A DNA stretch of 64,000 nt from Desulfosoma sp. Its GTDB lineage: Bacteria; Desulfobacterota; Syntrophobacteria; Syntrophobacterales; DSM-9756. Positions 1 through 8,686 of this stretch are shown here, piece by piece (the first letter of the stretch is position 1; every line of letters begins with the position of its first letter). The DNA lies in NCBI GenBank assembly GCA_037481835.1, contig JBBFKW010000009.1, positions 64,001 through 128,000 on the forward strand, given 5' to 3'. The position numbers and the translations under genes were made by a program. Below the pieces are notes generated by a model, which did no database searches, was not told the origin of the DNA, and saw nothing but the letters and a program-made list of their open reading frames with translations.

Positions 1-1247
1 AGCTTGAAGGTGTGCCCCAATTCGATCCCCCGGCGGATTTCCAGCCGGCCTGTGCCACACGCGGCGCAGGGATCCCCAGAGCGCACTTCAGCGATATCGG
101 CACGGTCCAGGATCCGAAAATCCCGGCCCGGCAGCACGTTCTTCACATGGACATCCACGGCGTTGCCCCCGGCGATGTACAGGGTGCGCTCACCCACGGA
201 AGTGTCCACGACGACTCGCACGCCCGTGTCGGGAAGGTCCACGGGGGACAAGAAGCCGCCGTGCAGGCCGTGCCGCTCCAAGAGCTCTTCGGAGGCCAAC
301 TCCAGGCGCACGGCCTTCAGGTGGTTGGTGAGTTTGGTGGGAGAGACGGCGAAATCCCCGCGAACCACTCCGAGGACGAGTCGGCCGTCGGCTTCGTAAG
401 CGACGGTTTTGAGAAAATGGTCTTCGGAGGTGTGGAAGAAATCCATGAGCTGGGCAATGGTTTTGACGCCGGGCGTGGGCACTCTTTCCATGGCCGGGGG
501 ATCGGCCGAAAGATCGTCCACGGGCGGCTTCACCCCTACCGCCTTTTCCGTGTTGGCCCGATAGTCGCAATGCGTGCAGACCACGAACTGGTCTTCGCCA
601 TACATGGATTCCAGCATGAATTCATGGGACCCCGTGCCGCCCATGATGCCGGTGTCCGCCTCGATGGGCACGGCGTTCAGCCCGCAGCGCGCAAAGACTC
701 GAAGATACGCGTTATAAATCCTCGGGTAGTAGCGGTCCAGGTCTTCGAAATCGGGATGAAAGCTGTAGGCGTCCTTCATCTGGAACTCGCGCACCCGCAG
801 CAGTCCGGCTCGGGGACGGGCTTCGTCGCGGATCTTCGTCTGGATCTGATAGAGCATGACGGGGAGGTCCCTGTAGGAGCGCAGGAACTTCTTGGCGATG
901 TCTGTCACGATCTCTTCGTGGGTCATGGCCAGGACGAATTCCCTCTGGCGCCGATCGCGGATGCGAAACAGTTCGGGCCCGATGTCGAAGTAGCGCTTGG
1001 TCGCCTTCCACAGTTCCGCCGGGTTCAGCACGGGCATAGTCACTTCCAGCCCGTCGATGCCGTCCATCTCTTCCCGAATGATCTTCTTGACTTTTTCCGC
1101 CACCCGGTGGCCCAAGGGCAGCAGCGAATAGATGCCGGCCGCCGCCGGGTAAATGTAGGATCCCCGAAGCAGCAAAATGTGAGACGGTGTTTCCGCTTCC
1201 TTGGGCACTTCGTACTGCGTGTGGATAAAAGAGCGACTATAGCGCAT
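1..1247 (-). CDS. proS: Proline--tRNA ligase (bacterial type with editing insertion); 3' part runs off the window
   Basis: Absent from the ORF track because the stop is outside the window. Manual translation from ATG 1247 (GGAGG upstream): [28 protein letters not shown]...THEE...[31 protein letters not shown]...[12 protein letters not shown]. Confidence 0.95.
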   Translation of the reverse strand, partial: MRYSRSFIHTQYEVPKEAETPSHILLLRGSYIYPAAAGIYSLLPLGHRVAEKVKKIIREEMDGIDGLEVTMPVLNPAELWKATKRYFDIGPELFRIRDRRQREFVLAMTHEEIVTDIAKKFLRSYRDLPVMLYQIQTKIRDEARPRAGLLRVREFQMKDAYSFHPDFEDLDRYYPRIYNAYLRVFARCGLNAVPIEADTGIMGGTGSHEFMLESMYGEDQFVVCTHCDYRANTEKAVGVKPPVDDLSADPPAMERVPTPGVKTIAQLMDFFHTSEDHFLKTVAYEADGRLVLGVVRGDFAVSPTKLTNHLKAVRLELASEELLERHGLHGGFLSPVDLPDTGVRVVVDTSVGERTLYIAGGNAVDVHVKNVLPGRDFRILDRADIAEVRSGDPCAACGTGRLEIRRGIELGHTFK

Positions 1248-1430
1248 GGGCTGGACCTCCTTTCGGGGCGGCTGAAGACTTTCCGTTATTTATTAAGGCG
1301 TTAGACATTACCACGGGAGGCGCCCCCTCACAACCTGAAAACACGGCGTGCAGTTCTCACTTGGCCGATTGCTTCCCAGTTGTTATGAAGCGGCACGTTT
1401 GGCTCACACTTCCTCGAAAGAAGGAGCTTG

Positions 1431-2396
1431 GTGAAAAGCATGACGCCTGATCGCAGCGCTTTCGAACCGACAACCGCCGACGCCCGTTCCCCCGCATCCT
1501 GGTCCAAGGAGGCATTTCGGGAAAACGTGTTGGCTTCCGTGCAGGATCTGATGCGCAACCCCGAAAACCGAGTGCCCCCGGAACGCGTGGTCCTGCAATT
1601 GACCCAGGATCCGGATTTTCAGGCCGTCCTAAAGACCTGGGATGCCATGAACGGCGCGGACCGCGTGGACGCCTGGAAAAAGGTGCTCGCTTTGGCCGAA
1701 CACCACGCGAGAGAAGTCCTGCCCGCATGCCTCATGTGCGGGGAATGCTGCCGCATGGGAAGCCCGACCCTGCATGTGGACGATCTGGAACTGCTCCAGA
1801 AAGGGGCCATCCCCTGGGAAGCGGTCTACACCCTGCGGCGCGGCGAACCCGTCCATTCGCCCTTCAAGAAGGACCTCTTCTTCTTGCTGGATGAACGGAT
1901 CAAGGTGCGGGAAAAACCCGGATCGACGGAATGCCTGTTCCTGGACGCACAAACCCAGCGCTGCCGCATCTATGAGGACCGCCCCCTCCAATGCCGCGCC
2001 CAGGCCTGCTGGGATCCGGCGCCGGCCGAAGACCTGAGCAAGCAGCCTTACCTTACGCGGCGAGACATCTTCAAGGACGTGGAGCTCCTGCTGGACGTCA
2101 TGGCCGAGCACGACCGCCGCTGCCGCTTCGACCAGCTCGCCGCCGCCTTCAAGGACATGGAAGCCACGAAAGGCGCCACGGTCGACAATGTGCTGAGTCT
2201 TCTGGCCTACGAGGAGCATTTTCGAACCTTCATGGGGGAGAAATTGGGGATTCCGGACAAAGAGCTGGAATTGGTTTTCGGCCGGAGCTTCGCCGCCCTT
2301 GTCCCCCTTTTCGGCTGCGCCGTGAAAACCGAACCGGACGGCACCCGCGTGCTCGTCCCGGACCGTGCCGACGCCTCGGACCCGCCGCAGAGTTGA
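1431..2396 (+). CDS. YkgJ-family cysteine-cluster (CxxCxxCC) putative Fe-S/Zn protein with N-terminal extension
   Basis: CLMCGECC...CLFL...CRIYEDRPLQCR motif. GTG start after AAGGAG; alternative starts at 1428 and 1440. Confidence 0.8.
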   Translation: MKSMTPDRSAFEPTTADARSPASWSKEAFRENVLASVQDLMRNPENRVPPERVVLQLTQDPDFQAVLKTWDAMNGADRVDAWKKVLALAEHHAREVLPACLMCGECCRMGSPTLHVDDLELLQKGAIPWEAVYTLRRGEPVHSPFKKDLFFLLDERIKVREKPGSTECLFLDAQTQRCRIYEDRPLQCRAQACWDPAPAEDLSKQPYLTRRDIFKDVELLLDVMAEHDRRCRFDQLAAAFKDMEATKGATVDNVLSLLAYEEHFRTFMGEKLGIPDKELELVFGRSFAALVPLFGCAVKTEPDGTRVLVPDRADASDPPQS

Positions 2397-2466
2397 TCCT
2401 GGAAGGCAGGAGCCTCGGTCCCGGGGCGTCGAAGGGCCCGGGGGTTTTGAGGGTATCGCAGCGGCC

Positions 2467-2697
2467 TTAGGCGAAGGGGTTCGCGCGGATGGCGTTTTTC
2501 TTCATCACCATGTCCGCAACCCGGCGGACGTCTCCGAGGCATCAACGTCCCAGGGGGTGGGTATCGGCACACCGGCAACCGCCGGAACGTTTTTCCTGCA
2601 GGATTTTTTCCAAGATGGTGGAACGCCCGTTCTCCAAGACGTCCCGTTCGATGTCTGAGGCGGTGTATCCGAAACAGTAGCAGATCAAATCGTCCAT
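2467..2697 (-). CDS. Small [2Fe-2S]/BFD-like (CopZ-associated-type) selenoprotein, 76 aa, UGA at 2542-2544 read as Sec
   Basis: AAAGGAG RBS then MDDLICYCFGYT...GGCRCADTHPLGR-UGA-CLGDVRRVADMVMKKNAIRANPFA-TAA. The UGA falls at the first Cys of the family's G-x-C-C motif, and a SECIS-like hairpin follows. Confidence 0.85.
2512..2529 (-). promoter_or_regulatory. Putative bacterial SECIS hairpin
   Basis: GTCCGC-CGGGTT-GCGGAC: perfect 6-bp stem with G-containing loop, starting 12 nt 3' of the in-frame UGA. Confidence 0.7.
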
Positions 2698-2792
2698 TAC
2701 GATCTCCTTTGGGATTGGGCAAAAAGCTTTTTTTCCCGTTCGTTTTGGGGCTCCCCCCTGTGATGCCGTCCTCAAGGGGGCTGTCCCGAAGC

Positions 2793-2988
2793 GGGGCGTT
2801 CCCGGGGCCGCCGGCCGGGAATGGGTCCTTCGCCCCTTCGGGGCTTCTGTTTGGCGATGGCGGCTTGCCCTCGTCCCGGGGCTTTGCCCCGGGCTCGGAT
2901 GTTTCGCCCCTTCAGGGCTGCTCTTTGTTGGCGACCGCCCCTTTTGCGGGGCGCTGCCCCGGGCAGGCATGTTTCGCCCTTTCGGGGC
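2793..2988. repeat. Three degenerate copies of a REP-like palindromic unit (GGGGC..TGCCCCGGGC....TTCGCCCC/TTTCGGGGC)
   Basis: Units start near 2793, 2878 and 2948. Each ends in the hairpin GCCCC-TTC-GGGGC or a close variant. Confidence 0.65.
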
Positions 2989-3038
2989 CAGAGCGGCGCC
3001 GACCCTTCGAGGTTCGGGGCTCGTCGGGTCGGGAACGG

Positions 3039-3590
3039 CCCCTCCGAGCCTGCAGAAGCCGACGTTCCCTCTCCCCCTTCAGGGGGAGAGGGCAGGGTGA
3101 GGGGGCCCCTTCACGCCGAAGAAGAACGAAACAGCGTGTAGCACACCCCATCGCCCACTTTGGTCGCCTTGGCCAGTTCCAAGTGCCTCAGGGCCGCAAA
3201 ATCCGCCCGGAACTCGCTTTCGTCGATGCCCAGCTTCTCCAAAATCCTTTCCAAAGGCACCGGGCCGTTCTCCTCAAGGAGCTGCAGGATCTTTTTTTGC
3301 CGATCCGTCAGCCCCCTCTGAGCGTGCGGAAGCCGACGTTCCCTCTCCCCCTTCAGGGGGAGAGGGCAGGGTGAGGGGGCCCCTTCACGCCGAAGAAGAA
3401 CGAAACAGCGTGTAGCACACCCCATCGCCCACTTTGGTCGCCTTGGCCAGTTCCAAGTGCCTCAGGGCCGCAAAATCCGCCCGGAACTCGCTTTCGTCGA
3501 TGCCCAGCTTCTCCAGGATCGCTTCCAAAGGCACCGGGCCGTTTTCCTCAAGGAGCTGCAGGATCTTTTTCTGCCGATCCGTAAGCCCCC
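3039..3590. repeat. Tandem direct duplication, period 274 bp
   Basis: 3039-3316 matches 3313-3590, e.g. GAAGCCGACGTTCCCTCTCCCCCTTCAGGGGGAGAGGG at 3055 and 3329. Few mismatches. Confidence 0.95.
3111..3316 (-). pseudogene. Duplicated 3' fragment (wHTH part) of the 3385-3753 gene, without its own start
   Basis: Encodes GLTDRQKKILQLLEENGPVPLERILEK...YTLFRSSSA, identical to the neighbour's C-terminus except A->R. It is out of frame with the parent gene (274 is not a multiple of 3). Confidence 0.7.
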
Positions 3591-3753
3591 CTTGGCCTTC
3601 TCCGGTTTTCTTGGCGCTATAGACGGCCCACGGATCACACACCTTGGGGACGGCCATGCGATCAAGGTAACAATCCTCGCACAGGGTCTGCCCCGAAAAT
3701 TCGTAACGGTCGTCATCTTGCTTTAAGGCGGCTCCACATCGGCCACAGCGCAT
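3385..3753 (-). CDS. Hypothetical protein: N-terminal Zn-ribbon/LIM-like (CxxC...CxxC, CDPWAV) plus C-terminal winged-helix-like domain
   Basis: MRCGRC...LCEDCYLD...VCDPWAV...LTDRQKKILQLL; GGAGG RBS. Confidence 0.75.
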   Translation of the reverse strand: MRCGRCGAALKQDDDRYEFSGQTLCEDCYLDRMAVPKVCDPWAVYSAKKTGEGQGGLTDRQKKILQLLEENGPVPLEAILEKLGIDESEFRADFAALRHLELAKATKVGDGVCYTLFRSSSA

Positions 3754-3882
3754 CATCGCCTCCATCCTCCTTGTCCATTCCAAAAAATTCCCATAAAATC
3801 ACTTCGCTTTCTTGCCGATTATTTCGAGTGAACTTTTTCCCTCTTAAAATAATTCCACCGTCGTCGGCACGAAAGGTTGCGG

Positions 3883-6432
3883 ATGTTGCGAACCCGAAGT
3901 TTCCTCATTTTTCTTGGGATCACGGTGTTCTTGATCCTTTCCGCGGTTCTGACCGCCCGATACACCCTGGTGACCCAGCTGGAACTGCTGGAGCGCCGTT
4001 GGGCGGACGACACTTTGAACGCCGTCCGGACCACCGTCACCGCCGAACTCAAAAAGCTGGCCGGGACGACCCGAGACTGGTCCGTTTGGGACGCCACCTA
4101 CGAGTTCATGGGCGACTTCAATCCCGACTATGTTGAAGAAAACTGCACTCTCGACGCCTTCAAAACCATTCATGTCGATGCCGCGCTCTACTACGACAAA
4201 ACCCATGCGCTTCGTCAGCAGGTGGCTTTCGATTTCCATTCCGACAGCCAAGCGACGCTCCCCGACCCCTTCGTCAATCGCATCCCCTCGGTCCCCGGTT
4301 TCTTCCCGGAAAAAGACGCTCAAGACTGCACCACCGCCCTTCTCATTGACAACGCTACCCCCATGCTTGCAGCCGCCTGCCCCATCCTGACCAGCCACGG
4401 GCAGGGACCCCGCCGCGGAACGCTCGTCTTCCTCCGGAATCTCGGAGACGAGTTTCTGGAGCAGCTCCGAGAAACCATCAACCGGCCCGTCACCCCACGG
4501 GTCATGTCCCTCGTGGACGCTTCGTCCGAAAAGCCCATGGATCTTCCGGCCCTGGATTTTACGGAGGAGCGCATCATCGGCCGGGTCGTTTTTCCCGATC
4601 TGGAGCAGCGCGCCGCCTTGGTCTTGGAAACCACGATGGAACGATCCATCCACCGCCAAGCGGTGCGATCCTTGACCTTCTTCGGCATCGCTCTCGGGAT
4701 CTTGGCCCTGTGGGCCTTGGCCGCCCAGTGGTACTTCTTGGACCGGAAGGTGCTTCGAAGAATCGCCCAGCTCCTGCGCAAGACTCGAGGGCTTTCGTCC
4801 GAATGGGCCATGCCGGAAAAAGATCAAGCGATGGATGAGATCACACTGCTGCAGCGTTCCGTGGACGGCCTGTTGAAAAGCCTGGAAAACGCCGTGGAAA
4901 AGAACCTGGAGCAGCAACGGGAAACCCTCACCATCCTGGAAACCAACCCCGTGGGAATCATCCTCGTGGATGCGGAAACGCGAACGGTTTCTTGGGCGAA
5001 CGCCAAGGCCTTGGAACTCATGGGCCGGGATCTCAAAGACATCCATGGGCGTTCCTGCAAACAACTGGTGTGCCCGTCTCAGGACAGGGACTGCCCCGTG
5101 CTGGATCACAGGCGAGTGGTGCGGGACGTGGAATGTGTCATGCCCACAAAGAACGGAGAGGGTGTGCCGGTGCTGCGCAGCATTGCAAACGTCACGTACC
5201 GTCAACGCCCTCATCTGCTGGAAGCGGTCATGGATCTTCGCCCCCAGAAGGCTCTGGAATCCCAATTGGATCGAGCCAAGAAAATGGAAACCGTCGGTCT
5301 CGTGGCGGGCGGCGTCGCCCATGATTTGAACAACCTGCTCACCACCTTGGTGGGTTATCCGGACATGCTCCTTCGCCGCATTCATGCCGACAATCCCATG
5401 CATCGGCACCTGACCCTCATCCGCGACGCGGGCCTTAAGGCCGGCGCCATCGTTCAGGACCTCCTCACCCTCACCCGGCGCGGCGTGAAGGCCACCGAAC
5501 CTTTCGATCTCGGTGAACTGGTCCTCCGTTTTCTTTCATCCTCGGAATTCGCGGCGCTTCGAAGCACCCATCCCCGCGTGCGTTTTCAAACACAGGTGGA
5601 AAGCCGCCGGTTCCCCTGCCAGGGATCTCCGATCCATCTGGAAAAGGCCTTGTCCAACCTGGTGAGGAACGCCGCCGAAGCCATTGCGGAGACGGGAACG
5701 GTGACCCTTGCCGTGGACGGCGTGACCCTTGAAGAGGCCCACAGCGGCTACGAAACGGTCCCGGCAGGCCGCTGGATCCGCATCCGGATCGAGGACACGG
5801 GGGCAGGCATTCCGGAAGAAGACCTCACCCACATCTTTGAGCCGTTTTACACGAAAAAGAAGATGGGCCGCAGCGGCACGGGGCTGGGCATGACCATCGT
5901 GTGGCACGCCGTCAAGGATATGGGCGGTTTCGTGGACGTGCAGAGCGCTCCGGGCCGAGGGACCACCTTCAGTTTGTATCTTCCCGAAGCCGAGGAACCC
6001 GCCTTAGAAGAGGCGGACCTGCCTCCCCAGGGTTTTCCAAAAGGATCCGGGGAAAGCATCCTCGTGGTCGAAGACATGGAAGACCAGAGAATCCTTGTGG
6101 AAACGATGCTTACGGACTTGGGATACCATGTCTTTACGGCAGCCAACGGTCGCGAGGCTTTGGCGCTGGCGTCCACCCGGAAGTTCGACGCCCTCGTGCT
6201 CGACATGATGCTCACCGACGACATGGATGGCCCCCAAGTCTACCAGGAGATTCTCAAAGTCAACCCCGCTCAAAGAGCCGTCGTCGTGAGCGGGGATGTG
6301 TCAGCCGATCGCGTGGAGGCCATAAAGAACCTGGGGGTCTCTCATTTCGTCCCCAAGCCCTACAGCCTGGAAAAACTGGCGGAAGCCGTCCATGCCGTGC
6401 TGCGCGGGGATTCTCCGCCGCTCCAAGGATGA
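3883..6432 (+). CDS. Hybrid sensor histidine kinase (CHASE4-PAS-HisKA-HATPase-REC)
   Basis: Two TM helices flank a DWSVWDATYEF CHASE4-like domain. H-box VAHDLNNLL, N/G boxes NLVRNA, DTGAGI, GTGLG, and a C-terminal receiver (LVVED...LVLDMM...KP). Confidence 0.92.
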   Translation: MLRTRSFLIFLGITVFLILSAVLTARYTLVTQLELLERRWADDTLNAVRTTVTAELKKLAGTTRDWSVWDATYEFMGDFNPDYVEENCTLDAFKTIHVDAALYYDKTHALRQQVAFDFHSDSQATLPDPFVNRIPSVPGFFPEKDAQDCTTALLIDNATPMLAAACPILTSHGQGPRRGTLVFLRNLGDEFLEQLRETINRPVTPRVMSLVDASSEKPMDLPALDFTEERIIGRVVFPDLEQRAALVLETTMERSIHRQAVRSLTFFGIALGILALWALAAQWYFLDRKVLRRIAQLLRKTRGLSSEWAMPEKDQAMDEITLLQRSVDGLLKSLENAVEKNLEQQRETLTILETNPVGIILVDAETRTVSWANAKALELMGRDLKDIHGRSCKQLVCPSQDRDCPVLDHRRVVRDVECVMPTKNGEGVPVLRSIANVTYRQRPHLLEAVMDLRPQKALESQLDRAKKMETVGLVAGGVAHDLNNLLTTLVGYPDMLLRRIHADNPMHRHLTLIRDAGLKAGAIVQDLLTLTRRGVKATEPFDLGELVLRFLSSSEFAALRSTHPRVRFQTQVESRRFPCQGSPIHLEKALSNLVRNAAEAIAETGTVTLAVDGVTLEEAHSGYETVPAGRWIRIRIEDTGAGIPEEDLTHIFEPFYTKKKMGRSGTGLGMTIVWHAVKDMGGFVDVQSAPGRGTTFSLYLPEAEEPALEEADLPPQGFPKGSGESILVVEDMEDQRILVETMLTDLGYHVFTAANGREALALASTRKFDALVLDMMLTDDMDGPQVYQEILKVNPAQRAVVVSGDVSADRVEAIKNLGVSHFVPKPYSLEKLAEAVHAVLRGDSPPLQG

Positions 6433-6506
6433 AAGGGCAGCTTCGCTGAGAATCCGGTTACGGCCCCGGTGCAGGCACAAGCCCCACGAGCCAGGCTTGG
6501 CTACCG

Positions 6507-7442
6507 TTACGCATGGGATCCGGCCAGGGCTTCCAGGGCGAGCATGAGCGCCTGCGTGCCTTTTCGCCCGTGGCCTTGGGCCTTGACGGCCACGTAGAGC
6601 TGACGGACCAGGGCCAGACCGGGGAGGCTCAGGTTCATGCGTTCGGCTTCCTTCAGGGCGATGCCCATGTCCTTGAGGAAATGCTCCACGTAGAACCCAG
6701 GGGCAAAGTCCCGCCGCATCATGCGCGGCACCAAGTTATCCAAAGCCCAACAGGCGGCGGCCCCTCGGCTGATGCTCCGGAGCACCTTTTCCGGATCCAG
6801 GCCCGCACGCACCGCATAAAGAAGGCTTTCGCACACGCCGATCATGGTCCCGGCGATGACGATCTGGTTGCACATCTTGGCGTGCTGCCCAGATCCGGCG
6901 GGGCCTTGGTGCACGATGTTTTTGCCTAGGATTTCCAAAAGGGGCCGAACGGCCGCCACCGCAGCTGGATCTCCCCCCACCATGATGGACAAGGTGGCCT
7001 CCCGTGCCCCCACATCGCCTCCCGAAACCGGCGCGTCCACGGCATGGGCGCCCCGCCGTTTCGCCTCCGCGTCGATGGTTTGGGCCAACTGCGGTTCCGT
7101 GGTGGTCAGGTCCACGAGGATCGTCCCTTCCCGAACGCCTTCAAAAACGCCCCCCGACCCGAAATAGACCTGGCGCACATCGTCGGGAAAACCCACCATG
7201 GTGCAGACCACATGGCTCGCCGCGGCCACCTCGGCCGCCGATCCCGCCCATTGGGCGCCGCGCCCAAGGAGCGCTTCCGCCTTGGCTCGAGTGCGCGTAA
7301 AGACCGTGACGGCATATCCGGCATCCAGGAGGTGGCCGCACATGGCCGATCCCATGACGCCGGTGCCGATCCAACCGATGCGCGTCCACGTAGGGTCGCA
7401 CGGCTTCAAAGAAACCTTGAGTGTGGAGTCGTTTTCCGACAT
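6507..7442 (-). CDS. NAD(P)-dependent oxidoreductase, 3-hydroxyisobutyrate/2-hydroxy-3-oxopropionate reductase family
   Basis: GWIGTGVMG, DAPVSGG, GQHAKMCNQ, KDMGIA motifs. Confidence 0.9.
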   Translation of the reverse strand: MSENDSTLKVSLKPCDPTWTRIGWIGTGVMGSAMCGHLLDAGYAVTVFTRTRAKAEALLGRGAQWAGSAAEVAAASHVVCTMVGFPDDVRQVYFGSGGVFEGVREGTILVDLTTTEPQLAQTIDAEAKRRGAHAVDAPVSGGDVGAREATLSIMVGGDPAAVAAVRPLLEILGKNIVHQGPAGSGQHAKMCNQIVIAGTMIGVCESLLYAVRAGLDPEKVLRSISRGAAACWALDNLVPRMMRRDFAPGFYVEHFLKDMGIALKEAERMNLSLPGLALVRQLYVAVKAQGHGRKGTQALMLALEALAGSHA

Positions 7443-7490
7443 CGGCAGTCAAAGCCCTCCGTCACGCGCCCGGTCGGGGCGCCCGAATGT

Positions 7491-8366
7491 TCAGTTCTTT
7501 CCGGGCCGGACCCACGTGCCCGTGTCTTTGTAAGCCCGGGTCACGGCCTTCAGCTGATCGCGCCGTTCCATGAAAAGGTCCTTCATGGACCGGAGCCACT
7601 CCAGATGGGCGACGGCGTCTTCGCGAGTGAGGAAGAGGGGATGTTCGCCCCGGACCGTCTCCACCCCGAAAGAAGACCCGTCCCAGCGCACCACACCCTC
7701 GCTGCTGCACGTCATGCAGCGCACCCGTGCCTCGCCGGCGGCCGTGGAATCCGATGGCGGAAGGAATCGAAAGGTGTCCCCGCCGCACAACGGACATCGC
7801 GGCATTCCGGGGTCGGGCGGCTCAGGACCGTGCTCAAGCGCATGGGCCAATTTTCGGGCGGCGGCCGGCCCCTCTTCACCCAACAGGACTTCTCCGGGAA
7901 GGGCCCCGTACACCACGTGGGATCCTCGATGGTCGGCCAGGATGAGCTTGAGGAAGCTATCCACCATAAGCTTGGTGTAGCCTTCGAGCCCCGTTACTCC
8001 GGCGATGGCCACCCCGACGGCGGGTTTTCCCCAGAGGGCGTCGATGTGAGCGTAAAAACTCAAGCCGCGATCCAAGAGGCGCTTCAGACTGGCGTTGGCC
8101 CCGAGAAAATAGGTGGGGGCGGCCACCACCACGGCGTCAGCCCGAAGCAGAGCCTCCAGGACAAGGCCCAAGTCATCCTCCTGGACGCAGCGCATGGGCC
8201 CGAAAAGGCATTGGTAGCAGGCCAGGCACGGCCGAATGTCCAGTTCGGGAAGCCTGACGAGCCGCAAATCCCACGAACCTTTCAGGCATCGGTGGATTTC
8301 CTTGATGAAGATCTCACTGTTTCCGAATTTCCTCGGGGACGCCACCACTCCCAACAGCGTTTTCAT
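7491..8366 (-). CDS. Flavodoxin-fold iron-sulfur flavoprotein (FMN reductase family) with C-terminal Zn-ribbon
   Basis: SPRKFGNS, CLACYQC...C, APTYF, then CPLC...CMTC. AGGAG RBS before ATG 8366. Confidence 0.85.
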   Translation of the reverse strand: MKTLLGVVASPRKFGNSEIFIKEIHRCLKGSWDLRLVRLPELDIRPCLACYQCLFGPMRCVQEDDLGLVLEALLRADAVVVAAPTYFLGANASLKRLLDRGLSFYAHIDALWGKPAVGVAIAGVTGLEGYTKLMVDSFLKLILADHRGSHVVYGALPGEVLLGEEGPAAARKLAHALEHGPEPPDPGMPRCPLCGGDTFRFLPPSDSTAAGEARVRCMTCSSEGVVRWDGSSFGVETVRGEHPLFLTREDAVAHLEWLRSMKDLFMERRDQLKAVTRAYKDTGTWVRPGKN

Positions 8367-8550
8367 AGAAGGACGCTCCTTTCTCTCGCACGCCCGATCC
8401 TGCACGGGGCTCCATCGTGTAAAACCTTCGTCCCATCGGGTTTTCACCATAGCGGGAACGCGGCGCGGAGGCAAACGAAGATCACGGCCCCGAGCCCTCG
8501 GGATTGTTGAATGAACGGATTCGGCCCGTTAAGGTTGAAGAAAATAGCGC

Positions 8551-8599
8551 CTTGGCGGCTTGGCGCGAGGTAAAAGAGGTCTCGCGCAAAGGCGCAAAG
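8551..8599. repeat. Imperfect inverted repeat pair (CTTGGCGGCTTGGCGCGAG / CTCGCGCAAAGGCGCAAAG)
   Basis: The reverse complement of 8551-8569 resembles 8581-8599. Lies in a divergent intergenic region. Confidence 0.45.
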
Positions 8600-8686
8600 A
8601 AAGCATCGTGATCGGAAACGGTAGCGCAGGGCGACCATGATCGTTAAGATGAGACGCTATCCCTGCAACGCCAAGGAGTGGAAGGC

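Noticed and set aside
12..1304. 430-aa + strand ORF
   Set aside because: Antisense shadow of proS, which has clear motifs and an RBS on the minus strand.
2542..2970. 142-aa ORF as listed
   Set aside because: The N-terminal part is translated repeat DNA; the real start is ATG 2697 with an AAAGGAG RBS and the gene extends past the UGA.
3111..3425. 104-aa ORF, or UGA read-through from the 3385-3753 gene into the duplicate
   Set aside because: The ORF is a chimera reading through the repeat element; the 274-bp period puts the duplicate out of frame, and there is no Cys-type context at the stop.
2793..3590. Possible CRISPR array
   Set aside because: Repeats are degenerate and irregularly spaced, or are a single long duplication; no cas genes.
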